Source of the DNA: an uncultured Gammaproteobacteria bacterium
GTDB taxonomy: Bacteria > Patescibacteriota > Microgenomatia > UBA1406 > GWC2-37-13
NCBI GenBank assembly: GCA_964610165.1
Contig: CAZSUZ010000001.1
Coordinates: forward strand, 1,250 to 65,249
Length of the DNA: 64,000 bases
Direction: 5' to 3'
The notes below the pieces were generated by a model. That model saw only the letters and a list, made by a program, of their open reading frames with translations, ran no database searches and was not told the origin of the DNA. Shown in pieces: positions 10,105-19,453 of the stretch (position 1 is its first letter; the number at the start of each line of letters is the position of its first letter). Made by a program: the position numbers and the translations under genes.

Positions 10105-11067
10105 TTAATTCAAATACTTATCAATATTCTCCTGATGTTCTTCTGAGTTGCGGCCATATCGAGTATTTCCTTGTGCATCATGGAGATAAAACAAATATGG
10201 AGTATCTGCATCTGCATTTAAGACAGCCTGTATAGTTTGTATACCAGGGCTAGAAATTGGAGCAGGAGGTAATCCTTGAATTTTGTATGTGTTATATGGT
10301 GAATCTATTTTTAAATCATCAAACGTAAGGGCTTTTTTCCACCATCTTTTTTCATCGGTTTGGTAACCAAGTGCATATTGAACCGTTGCATCTACTTGTA
10401 ATGGTATCCCTTCTTCCAGTCTTCGGTATAGAATATCAGCTATATCTTGTCTATCTGCTTCTCCAAATGCTTCTCGTTCTAAAATAGAAGCAAAGGTTAC
10501 AACTTCATTGAGTGTCATTCCTTTTTCAGCCATTTGTTCTTCCATTTCAGGAGTAAATTTTGTATCAAATGTATTTGTCAAAATGTCAATTATTTGTTGA
10601 GCAGTTGGATTTTTAGGAACTAAATAGGTATCTGGATATAAATATCCTTCTTCTGCAAGAGAATTAAATTCTGTTTCAGGAATATCAAATTTTTCCGAAA
10701 CAATTTCTGCTATCTCTTCTTTTCTCATGCCTTCTGGAATTGTCATCCATACATCTACTGTTCCATGGGTTAATTCATCTGCAATTTCATATGCATTCAT
10801 TGAAGGGAATAAGCGAAAATCACCTGCTTGAATTTTAGTTTCAATACCTTTTTGTTTTACAATCAGATAAAATACAACACGATTTCTAATAAGATCTTCT
10901 TTAGAAAGATTGTTAATAATTGAATCCAATGTTTCACCTTGTTCAATAACAAACATTTTCGGTGTTGTGTCGGTTTTATTTACAGGAAGTGTACCTTCAG
11001 TAAAAAATATGTAGCCACTAAGTGCAATAACACCAAATATGATTATAAGAATTAATAGTTTTTTCAT
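10105..11067 (-). CDS. mltG: endolytic murein transglycosylase MltG (YceG family)
   Basis: N-terminal TM. YceG-like motifs FASILEREA, VDATVQYALG, SPYNTY..GLPPAPISSPG. Confidence 0.88.
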   Translation of the reverse strand: MKKLLILIIIFGVIALSGYIFFTEGTLPVNKTDTTPKMFVIEQGETLDSIINNLSKEDLIRNRVVFYLIVKQKGIETKIQAGDFRLFPSMNAYEIADELTHGTVDVWMTIPEGMRKEEIAEIVSEKFDIPETEFNSLAEEGYLYPDTYLVPKNPTAQQIIDILTNTFDTKFTPEMEEQMAEKGMTLNEVVTFASILEREAFGEADRQDIADILYRRLEEGIPLQVDATVQYALGYQTDEKRWWKKALTFDDLKIDSPYNTYKIQGLPPAPISSPGIQTIQAVLNADADTPYLFYLHDAQGNTRYGRNSEEHQENIDKYLN

Positions 11068-12323
11068 TTTTCTATAGAATAAATTGGAAAATGTGTGATT
11101 GTTTCGTACGCCTCATCGATATGATATTTATTAGTTGAATAAAAACACATGAGTGGTTCATTCTTTTTAACAATTTCACCTTTTCTTTTTAAAAGTTCAA
11201 CGCCTGCCATTTTATCTTCTGGTGCTCCTAATAATTTGGCAATATTATTAAGGTTATAATTTTGTATATCCTTTATTTTACCAGATTCCTGAGCCATAAT
11301 TTCTTTTTTATGTGCAATATGTTTCATAGTCTTCCAACTTACATTTGGATTGCCGTATTGGGCTGCAATAATTTCTTTAAATTTATATAAAGCTTTACCA
11401 GAAGTTAAAATTTGTTTTGCTTCATCAAAACCATCCTTTTTAACATGCTGCGTTTCATAACATAAATTTAACAATTTGCCTGCTAAACGTAGAGATCTTT
11501 CTTCAAGATCAATTGGACGAGTTGGATCTTGTTCTAAGACTTTTAAAACATCAATTGCTTCTAAAAATGGACCAACAGAATTTCCAGCAGGTTGATCTGT
11601 GTCGTTTAAGTCAACTAAAATTTTAATGCCAAATCGTTTTGCAATTTCTTCAAATTTTTTCTTAACAAGGAGAGCGTCTTTTTCATGTTTTACTTTCATT
11701 GTTTTTCCAACAGGTATATCAATAATTAAATGATTTGCTCCAACTGCAATTTTTTTTGCCATAATTGAAACAATTATTTTGTCGAATGATTCAAAGGAAA
11801 GAGGTTCTTCTACACGTATAATAACGTCGTCAGCAGGAGCAATTCCTAAATGGCCACCCCATACAATACATCCACCTGTTTTACGTACAATATTATTAAT
11901 ATATTCAGGAGTAAATGTTACTTTTGCAAATACTTCCATAACATCTGCTGTTCCTGCAGGAGAAGTTATTGCACGAGAAGAAGTTTTGGGCATTTTAAAA
12001 CCAGCAGCAGTTACAATGGGCACAATAATCATACTCGCACGTGTACCAGCAATGCCACCAATTGAATGTTTATCTGCCACAATTCCAGGGAATTTTAATT
12101 GCGTTCCTGTTTCAACCATTGCTTTGGTAAGGTAATATAATTCATCTGCAGAAAATCCATCTTTAAATCCAGAAGCCACAAAATATGCAGTAAGAACATC
12201 TCCTAATCGTTCATGAGCAATTTCATCCATTAATGTATATATTTCTTTATAATTTAATGGTCGTCCGGTAAGTTTTTTCTTTATTGCATCAAGTGCCTGC
12301 ATATGTTTAGCTGCATCGTTCAT
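11064..12323 (-). CDS. thymidine/AMP phosphorylase family protein (archaeal-type DeoA-like)
   Basis: DKHSIGGIAGTRASMIIVPIV and KTSSRAITSPAGTADVMEV. My recollection is that this resembles the archaeal AMP phosphorylase branch more than E. coli DeoA. ATGA overlap with mltG. Confidence 0.75.
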   Translation of the reverse strand: MNDAAKHMQALDAIKKKLTGRPLNYKEIYTLMDEIAHERLGDVLTAYFVASGFKDGFSADELYYLTKAMVETGTQLKFPGIVADKHSIGGIAGTRASMIIVPIVTAAGFKMPKTSSRAITSPAGTADVMEVFAKVTFTPEYINNIVRKTGGCIVWGGHLGIAPADDVIIRVEEPLSFESFDKIIVSIMAKKIAVGANHLIIDIPVGKTMKVKHEKDALLVKKKFEEIAKRFGIKILVDLNDTDQPAGNSVGPFLEAIDVLKVLEQDPTRPIDLEERSLRLAGKLLNLCYETQHVKKDGFDEAKQILTSGKALYKFKEIIAAQYGNPNVSWKTMKHIAHKKEIMAQESGKIKDIQNYNLNNIAKLLGAPEDKMAGVELLKRKGEIVKKNEPLMCFYSTNKYHIDEAYETITHFPIYSIEK

Positions 12324-12325
12324 AA

Positions 12326-13954
12326 TTATTCTACTCCTTTATATAACTCAACAACTTTTTGTTTATATTCTTTGGCTTTTAATAACATTTTGGTAATAAT
12401 GTATAACTCTTTTATACCAAATAGCCAGCTCATAAATAAATAGAGGGCACAAAATATTAATGAACCAGTAACTAACAACATAAATACGTTTAATGTTCTT
12501 GTCGTATCAAAAATGAGTCCATCTAACAATCTCATAAAAAAGTAGGTAATGACAGCAGAATTACCTGTTGCAATAACTATTTTTATCGTTTCTTGAAGAA
12601 GTAGTTTTATGTCTAGTCCTTTAATTCTTCTATTTAACACAAAGAATAATAACATTACATGTAAAACCATAGAAATTGAAAATGAAAGAGCCAAAGACCA
12701 GACAGGCAATTTTAGAACAAGTGTAAACCACATACTAAGAATTGCATTTAAACCAATAGAAACAAGACTTATATAAAATGGCGTTTTTGTATCAAATATC
12801 GCATAAAAACATCTTGTTAGAAAATAATAAATTGAGTGCATTGGTACTGAAAGCGAAAAATAAGAAAGAGTCAATGCAGTTAAGATTGTTCCTTCCCAAT
12901 CAAATTTTTCACCCCCGTAAAATAATCGAACAATAGGAGTTCTGGCCATTATAAAAAATGCGGCTGCAGGGACAGTAAAGAAAAAGATATTAAGAATTGA
13001 TTCGATAATAATTTTTTTGAACTCTTTTATTTTTCCATCTTGATACATATCAGAAAGATAGGGTAATGATGCTTGACCAAATGCAACGCCAATTATTGAA
13101 ACCGGAAGTAACTGCAAGTGTTGAGCTAAATAAAATATGGTATACGCTCCTGAACCCATAAGTGTTGCAAGTGTTAAGTCTACTGTCGCATCTATTTGTG
13201 CAACAATAATTGTCATAATTCTTGGAATGGCTGTCCTAAAAAATCGCCATGCCTCATGCAGATGAGTAATAATAAGTTTATATTCAAATTTAACAAAATA
13301 TAAAATTGGTAACTGAAGTACAAAAAACAATACTGCGCCAATAATGACACCAACAATTGGAGCCATTAAATGCATCTGATCAGAAAGCATGATAGTTCCA
13401 ACAATAATTGCAATGTTATAAATTATCGGAGCAGTAGCAGGTAAAATAAATGATTTTTTTGCCTGACTAATTCCTGTGAGAAAGTTACCTAGTACCAAAA
13501 AAGGTAGCTGCCCAATAAGTAATAAACGAGAGTACATAATAATTTGCTGATTTTTTTCTGGCGAAAATCCGGGTGTTATTAATGGTATGAGTAATGGTAA
13601 TGTAACAACGAGAAGAATAATAAAAGCAAATAATGCAAGTGAAACGACATTAATAATGGAAGAAATAATTTTATTTTGCTCTGTGGATTTTTTCTGGTAT
13701 TCAATAAAGAACGGAATAAAGGTTGTACTTAGTGCTCCATTAATAAGAATTTCAAATACTAAATCTGGAATACGGAATGCAGCGAAAAATATGTCTAATT
13801 CTTCTTTTGTAAATATGCCGACCAAAATACGATACCTTAAAAAGCCTGCTAGTCTGGAAAGAATCATCATCCATGCAAGGATAAGTGTGGATGAGATTAT
13901 GCTTGTTTGTTGAGCAAAAATAAAATCTTTTGTTTTTTTAAGTAAGTTATTCAT
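12326..13954 (-). CDS. murJ: lipid II flippase MurJ (MviN family)
   Basis: 542 aa, about 14 TM. N-terminal SRLAGFLRYRIL-type motif typical of MurJ. Envelope gene context. Confidence 0.85.
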   Translation of the reverse strand: MNNLLKKTKDFIFAQQTSIISSTLILAWMMILSRLAGFLRYRILVGIFTKEELDIFFAAFRIPDLVFEILINGALSTTFIPFFIEYQKKSTEQNKIISSIINVVSLALFAFIILLVVTLPLLIPLITPGFSPEKNQQIIMYSRLLLIGQLPFLVLGNFLTGISQAKKSFILPATAPIIYNIAIIVGTIMLSDQMHLMAPIVGVIIGAVLFFVLQLPILYFVKFEYKLIITHLHEAWRFFRTAIPRIMTIIVAQIDATVDLTLATLMGSGAYTIFYLAQHLQLLPVSIIGVAFGQASLPYLSDMYQDGKIKEFKKIIIESILNIFFFTVPAAAFFIMARTPIVRLFYGGEKFDWEGTILTALTLSYFSLSVPMHSIYYFLTRCFYAIFDTKTPFYISLVSIGLNAILSMWFTLVLKLPVWSLALSFSISMVLHVMLLFFVLNRRIKGLDIKLLLQETIKIVIATGNSAVITYFFMRLLDGLIFDTTRTLNVFMLLVTGSLIFCALYLFMSWLFGIKELYIITKMLLKAKEYKQKVVELYKGVE

Positions 13955-14158
13955 AAAAAGTATCTTATTACATTTTATACATCAGGATATATTCTATCTA
14001 GTCGTTCTGTTCCAGATCGATCTTCACGAAGAATTTGATTGTTTTTATATCTCTTCGTTTTAGATTTCATTATAGTCCAAAAATAATTACAAAGTGTTAG
14101 CAAAATAATGATAATTTCCCCTTGACTTTAGTACAAAAATGGAGAATAATGTTTAAAT

Positions 14159-14563
14159 ATGGTGTATTTTGGTGAATATGAAGTGTCATTAACTGGAGGC
14201 GGTAGAATTGCCCTTCCTAAAAAGATAAGAGAAGGATTAAAAGGTAGAGAATTCATATTAACCAAAGGACCAGGAAACTGTTTGCTTGGATATGATAAAG
14301 AAAGCTGGGACGGTCAAGTTAAGGAAATATTAAATATGCCAATACTTGATAAAGATACACCAGAGAATTTAAGAAAAAGAAGAGTGTTATTTTCAGCAAC
14401 AGTGTACTTAGAAGTAGATGAACAAGGACGCGCAGTATTACCAAAAAATTTAAGAGCATTCGCAGCACTTTCAAAAAAAACAGTAATTACCGGAGTAGGA
14501 GATCATTTTGAAATTTGGGATAAGTCCAGCTGGGAACGTTATTTAGCAGAAACAAATAATTAA
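14159..14563 (+). CDS. mraZ: transcriptional regulator MraZ
   Basis: Duplicated SpoVT/AbrB-like motif GGRIALPKKIRE and QGRAVLPKNLRA. First gene of the dcw block. Confidence 0.92.
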   Translation: MVYFGEYEVSLTGGGRIALPKKIREGLKGREFILTKGPGNCLLGYDKESWDGQVKEILNMPILDKDTPENLRKRRVLFSATVYLEVDEQGRAVLPKNLRAFAALSKKTVITGVGDHFEIWDKSSWERYLAETNN

Positions 14564-14565
14564 TT

Positions 14566-15414
14566 ATGCATACAAGTGTTTTTTTAGAAGAAGCAGTAGC
14601 TTCACTAAATATTCAAAAAAAAGGTACATATATAGATGCCACATACGGTAAGGGTGGTCATTCTCGTTTAATTGTCGAAAAAGGTGGACAAGTACTAGCT
14701 ATTGAATGGGATCCAACACAAATTCCACAAACACCCCCTAAAGGTATTCAAATTGCAAAAGGTAATTACGCAGACATAGCATTTATTGCTGAACAATATA
14801 AATTTGTTCCTGTAGATGGCATTTTATTTGATTTCGGTTTATCTATGAATCAATTGGAAGAAGGTAACAAAGGATTGTCATACAGAAAATTAGATGAACC
14901 TCTTGATATGAGAATAAGTAACGAAGGTATTACTGCTGCAGAAATACTTAATGAATATTCTGAACAAGAATTGGCAAATGCATTTATGAAGTTTTCAGAA
15001 GAAATCAAATCAAATGATATTGCAAAACAAATTGTTATGTTTCGAAGAAGAAAACAGTTTGAAACAGTTCAAGATTTAGTTTCAGCAATTGATAAAGGAT
15101 TAAAAGAAGTAAGTAGTGTTCGTGAATATGCAGAGAAAGTGTATGCACGGATATTTCAGGCGTTACGGATTATTGTTAATGAAGAATTTAACAATATAAA
15201 TAAAGGGCTCGAAGATGGGCTCAATATTTTAAAACCAGGTGGAAGAATTGTAACAATAACATTTCATTCCTTGGAAGACAGAATAGTAAAGTTATTCGCA
15301 CGACAACATAAGCATGAAGTACTAGAAGAAAAAATTGATGTAGAACAGTCTAGAAAGTTAAGATCGTTTGAACGATCTGCAACATTACGAATTATTGAAA
15401 AAAAATTAACATGA
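14566..15414 (+). CDS. rsmH: 16S rRNA (cytosine1402-N4)-methyltransferase RsmH
   Basis: HTSVFLEEAV, DATYGKGGHS, FDFGLSMNQL, SLEDRIVK. Confidence 0.93.
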   Translation: MHTSVFLEEAVASLNIQKKGTYIDATYGKGGHSRLIVEKGGQVLAIEWDPTQIPQTPPKGIQIAKGNYADIAFIAEQYKFVPVDGILFDFGLSMNQLEEGNKGLSYRKLDEPLDMRISNEGITAAEILNEYSEQELANAFMKFSEEIKSNDIAKQIVMFRRRKQFETVQDLVSAIDKGLKEVSSVREYAEKVYARIFQALRIIVNEEFNNINKGLEDGLNILKPGGRIVTITFHSLEDRIVKLFARQHKHEVLEEKIDVEQSRKLRSFERSATLRIIEKKLT

Positions 15415-15677
15415 CATTTAATAAATTATTTACATTTATTTGTGGAGTTTTGGTAATTATAAACGTTACTTTTTTTATAAAAGGAATTAAACTTGCCGAG
15501 GAAATAAATTATTATGAACAAGAATTAAAGGTTCTTCATGAACAAAATACAGAATACGAACAAGATATTTATGCTTTAGAATCCCTTTCCAAAACGGCAT
15601 CTCTTGCTGCTGAATTAAAGTTTGATAAGTATAATGATCCAATCTTTACAGACATGCCTCAGTATGCTTTAAAATAA
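15411..15677 (+). CDS. FtsL-like small bitopic division protein
   Basis: 88 aa with one TM and then a coiled-coil-like EQELKVLHEQNTEYEQDIYALE. Occupies the ftsL position between rsmH and ftsI. Confidence 0.6.
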   Translation: MTFNKLFTFICGVLVIINVTFFIKGIKLAEEINYYEQELKVLHEQNTEYEQDIYALESLSKTASLAAELKFDKYNDPIFTDMPQYALK

Positions 15678-15684
15678 TAAAGCT

Positions 15685-17343
15685 ATGAATAAAATACGTT
15701 TTTTATTTCTTCTTATTTGTGCAGGACTTGTTGCAGTAATAATTAAGCTGTTTTTTGTACAGATTTTATATCCTAGCTATTTTGCTTCTGATTATATAAA
15801 CACTAGTAAAATTATGCCAAACCGAGGCAAAATTCTTGATCGGAATCATGAACCAATGGCTATCAATCAAACAAAATATCTTTTGTATGTTGAACCACAG
15901 AAAATGAAAAACAAAGATGATGTTATTGAAGGCATAGATAAAGTGTTAGAAATTGGTGAAGCTACACTTGAAGCTCGTATTGATCCTTCAAAAGTTTGGG
16001 TTTCAGTAAAAGGCAATATAGAAAAAGATAAGAAAGAAAAATTGGAAGCTCTTAAAATTCCAGGCATTGGTTTTGAAGAAGAAACACATAGATTTTATCC
16101 AGAAGCTTCATTATCAGCTCATTTATTAGGTTTTTTAGGAAAAGATAAAGATGGAGAGCCTATTGGTTATTTTGGCTTAGAAGGGTATTACAATCGAGAT
16201 CTAACGGGCTTACCAGGCGTATTAAAATCAGAGCGTGATTTATTCAATAGACCTATTTTTATTGGAACTCAAGAAAAAGTAGATGCAGATGATGGACGTG
16301 ATTTTGTCATGACAATAGATAAATCTGTTCAACATATTATTAAACAACATTTAAAGGAAGGTGTAGAACAGTTTAAGGCTAAATCTGGATGCGTAATAGC
16401 AGCAAATCCAAAAACAATGGAAATTGTTGGACTCGCATGTCTGCCGGATTATGATCCTGGGGCTTATTACGAATTTTCAGAAAAAGATTTTATAAATAGT
16501 ACAATTTCAAGCGGTTATGAGCCAGGTTCCACATTTAAGCCACTTGTTATGGCAGCTGCTCTTGAAGAAGGTGTTGTTAAAGCAACTGATAGATTTAATG
16601 AAGATGGTGCCGTAACTATATCTGGTTATCGTATTCAAAACTGGAATGACAAATATGAAGGAAATATTCCAGTTTCTCGTATTTTAGAAAAATCTTCTAA
16701 TGTAGGTATGGTTTATTTAGGCGAAAAATTGGGAGATAAAAAATTATACGAATATATTACAAAATTTGGATTTGGTGATTATACAAATATTGATTTACAA
16801 GGAGAAACAACAGGACAGGTAAAAACTCTTGATGCCTGGTATCCAATTGATGCAGCAACAATGTCTTTCGGACAAGGTATTCTGGTAACTCCAATGCAAC
16901 TTATAAGAGCTTTTGCAGCAGTAATAAATGGTGGTAATTTAATGAGGCCTTATGTGGTAAAAGAGGTTGTAGAAAATGGCTATACTAAAGTGCGTGAGCC
17001 ACAAGTACAACGTAGAGTATTAAGTAAAAAAACATCTGACACAATGCGCAAAATGCTCGTAGATACTGTAAAAAACGCAGAAGCTAAATGGGACATTCCA
17101 GAAGGATTTACATTTGGTGGAAAAACAGGAACAGCTCAAATTGCATTCGACGGTAAATATGACGCATCAAAAACAATTGCTTCATTTATAGGTTTTGCAC
17201 CAGCAGAAGATCCGGAATTTTTGGTATTCGTTATTATTAGCGAACCTGAATCATCGAGTTGGGGATCAGAAACCGCAGCTCCACTTTTTTTCGATATAGC
17301 GAAAGATTTATTGATTTACTATAATATACCTTCAAGCAAGTAA
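15685..17343 (+). CDS. ftsI: class B penicillin-binding protein (FtsI/PBP2B-like transpeptidase)
   Basis: N-terminal TM. STFK (SxxK), SSN (SxN), KTGTA. Confidence 0.9.
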   Translation: MNKIRFLFLLICAGLVAVIIKLFFVQILYPSYFASDYINTSKIMPNRGKILDRNHEPMAINQTKYLLYVEPQKMKNKDDVIEGIDKVLEIGEATLEARIDPSKVWVSVKGNIEKDKKEKLEALKIPGIGFEEETHRFYPEASLSAHLLGFLGKDKDGEPIGYFGLEGYYNRDLTGLPGVLKSERDLFNRPIFIGTQEKVDADDGRDFVMTIDKSVQHIIKQHLKEGVEQFKAKSGCVIAANPKTMEIVGLACLPDYDPGAYYEFSEKDFINSTISSGYEPGSTFKPLVMAAALEEGVVKATDRFNEDGAVTISGYRIQNWNDKYEGNIPVSRILEKSSNVGMVYLGEKLGDKKLYEYITKFGFGDYTNIDLQGETTGQVKTLDAWYPIDAATMSFGQGILVTPMQLIRAFAAVINGGNLMRPYVVKEVVENGYTKVREPQVQRRVLSKKTSDTMRKMLVDTVKNAEAKWDIPEGFTFGGKTGTAQIAFDGKYDASKTIASFIGFAPAEDPEFLVFVIISEPESSSWGSETAAPLFFDIAKDLLIYYNIPSSK

Positions 17344-17346
17344 CTT

Positions 17347-18570
17347 ATGGATATTCAACCAATAAAAAATATATATCACTTAGGAAAAGCAATTGTTGCT
17401 AACTGGTTTTATGGAAATCCAAGTAATCGATTAACTGTTATTGGTGTGACAGGAACAGATGGTAAAACTACAACATCTTCACTTATATATCATATTTTAA
17501 AATCATCAGGTAAAAAAGTTTCACTTATTTCTACAGTTTCTGCAACAATTGGAAAAAAAAGTTATGACACTGGTTTTCATGTTACAACACCTTCACCTTT
17601 TACTGTTCAAAAATATATTAAACAAGCAGCTGATGATGGTGATAATTATTTTGTTCTAGAAACTACTTCGCATGCATTGGATCAATTTAGAGTGTATGGA
17701 ATACATTTTAATTTAGGACTTATAACCAATATCACCCATGAACATTTACAGTATCATAAAACATACGAAAAATATGTAGAGGCAAAGGCAAAATTATTAC
17801 AATGGTCAGATGTATGTATTATTAACCGTGATGATAAATCGTATCCTTACTTAATAAATACACCAATGAAAGAGATGGTTACTTATAGTTTAAAAAATCA
17901 TGCAGATTTTAATCTTGATATTTCTAAAAAAATAAATAAGCCACTTGCACTTTTTAATAAATATAATTATTTAGGAGCATATATTGTATGCCATAAACTT
18001 GGTCTTTCTGATGAACAAATATTTTCTGCAATGAAAACATATACATTGCCACCTGGAAGATTAGAAGTAATTTATGATAAGAATTTTAAAGTTATAATCG
18101 ACTTTGCTCATACACCAAATGCATTACATGAAGCATTACAATCAATTCGTGAAGTTCATCAACCAGAAGGAAAGATTATTCATATATTTGGTGCTGCTGC
18201 ATTTCGAGATGATTCTAAAAGACCATTAATGGGAGATGAAAGCTCTTCCCATGCAGATACTACAATTATTACAGAAGAGGATTATCGAACAGAAGATCCT
18301 GAAAATATTGCTAAACAAATTGCAGTGGGTATGGAAAAAAATGAATGGAAATTAATTCAATCTGATTCATATCAAGGTGATAAAAAAACATTTACATCTA
18401 TAGTGAATAGGCAAGAAGCGATAGATAAAGCACTTGCTGTAGTTAAAAAAGGAGATATTATTGTGCTTACAGGAAAAGGTCATGAACAAAGTTTATGTCG
18501 TGGCACAAAGGAATATCCATGGGATGACAAAAAGGCTGTATTGGAGAGTATAAAAAAATTACGAAAATGA
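17347..18570 (+). CDS. murE: Mur ligase, MurE-like, with a short N-terminal region
   Basis: P-loop GVTGTDGKTTT, DFAHTPNAL, TGKGHE. Sits in the murE position after ftsI. Only about 35 residues precede the P-loop. Confidence 0.75.
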   Translation: MDIQPIKNIYHLGKAIVANWFYGNPSNRLTVIGVTGTDGKTTTSSLIYHILKSSGKKVSLISTVSATIGKKSYDTGFHVTTPSPFTVQKYIKQAADDGDNYFVLETTSHALDQFRVYGIHFNLGLITNITHEHLQYHKTYEKYVEAKAKLLQWSDVCIINRDDKSYPYLINTPMKEMVTYSLKNHADFNLDISKKINKPLALFNKYNYLGAYIVCHKLGLSDEQIFSAMKTYTLPPGRLEVIYDKNFKVIIDFAHTPNALHEALQSIREVHQPEGKIIHIFGAAAFRDDSKRPLMGDESSSHADTTIITEEDYRTEDPENIAKQIAVGMEKNEWKLIQSDSYQGDKKTFTSIVNRQEAIDKALAVVKKGDIIVLTGKGHEQSLCRGTKEYPWDDKKAVLESIKKLRK

Positions 18571-19217
18571 TTACCTTTAACAAAAATGAAGGTATCTATT
18601 CGTCTTCAATTATTCCAATAACACACGGATTTGGTACTAAGCAATTTGGTGATGGGAGAAATAGAAAAAGTATTATTAAACAATCTCACTCTACTAATAT
18701 TCAGATAATTTCTTCCTCTAACAATTTACCAATAGAAAATTGTGATGGTATTATTACAAAAGAAAGACAAATAGTTCTATCCGTTATTACTGCAGATTGT
18801 GTTCCTATTATTTTTTTTGATCCAATAAAGAATATTATTGGTATATCTCATCAGGGTTGGAAAGGAACTCTAAAAAGAATGCCTCAAAAAATGATTCAAA
18901 CAATGCAAAAACTTGGATCAACTCCATCTGATATTTATGTAGCTATTGGCCCTGCAATTAATCAATGTTGTTATCAAGTAAGTAAAGAAAGAGCAGAACA
19001 ATTCAAAGAAATATTTGAAGAAACTGTAGTATCAATCTCAAATAGTTATTCAATTAATTTATTAAAGGCAAATAATCAACTATTAAAAGAAAGTGGTGTA
19101 TTAAAAAGGAACATTGATTACTTCCCGTTTTGTACTTCGTGTGATACTGAAAAATTTTGGTCATATAGAAGAGATAATGGAATTAAAGGTGAAATGTTTT
19201 CTTATATAAGAAGATAA
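18567..19217 (+). CDS. pgeF: peptidoglycan editing factor PgeF / YfiH (DUF152) family
   Basis: TADCVPIIFFDP, GISHQGWKGT, CCYQV, CTSCD..FWSYRRD. Confidence 0.85.
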   Translation: MITFNKNEGIYSSSIIPITHGFGTKQFGDGRNRKSIIKQSHSTNIQIISSSNNLPIENCDGIITKERQIVLSVITADCVPIIFFDPIKNIIGISHQGWKGTLKRMPQKMIQTMQKLGSTPSDIYVAIGPAINQCCYQVSKERAEQFKEIFEETVVSISNSYSINLLKANNQLLKESGVLKRNIDYFPFCTSCDTEKFWSYRRDNGIKGEMFSYIRR

Positions 19218-19234
19218 TTTTTTTTAGCTATTAT

Positions 19235-19259
19235 TATGTGAATCACTGTGATTCACATA
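19235..19259. promoter_or_regulatory. perfect 25-nt palindrome containing TGTGA...TCACA
   Basis: tatgtgaatcac t gtgattcacata. The 12-nt arms are exact reverse complements around a single central T. Confidence 0.5.
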
Positions 19260-19453
19260 CATACCCATGATGTATCACGATTTATTAGGACAATAGATAA
19301 ACTATAAATAATTTAAAAAAATACAATACTGTAACTTAATGTAGTCTTGCTTTCTCATTTATGACTAAACATATTAGTCATAGCTTAGAATGTCAGGCTG
19401 CTTTAAATCTACAGTACTATTTAGTTAATTTATTTATTAATTGAGATATTTCT

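Noticed and set aside
11779-12135. 118-aa and 71-aa plus-strand ORFs opposite the phosphorylase gene. Similar shadows lie opposite murJ (13587-13913), the glmU-like gene (34122-34334), ftsZ (61428-61709, 61812-62054), the Thr/Pro-rich gene (37524-37814) and ftsQ/ftsA (59770-60225).
   Set aside because: They are embedded antisense to genes with clear family motifs. No independent evidence supports them.
13975-14070. 31-aa basic minus-strand ORF (MKSKTKRYKNNQILREDRSGTERLDRIYPDV) between murJ and mraZ.
   Set aside because: It has no SD or -10 signal at an appropriate distance and no resemblance to small ribosomal proteins. It lies where the divergent murJ and mraZ promoters should be.
14122-14150. 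TTGACT-17-AATAAT promoter for mraZ, and a single AAAGTGT MraZ-like box at about 14088.
   Set aside because: The -10 is weak and overlaps the GGAG upstream of mraZ. Only one box-like copy is present, where MraZ operators are repeated. The evidence is too thin to call.
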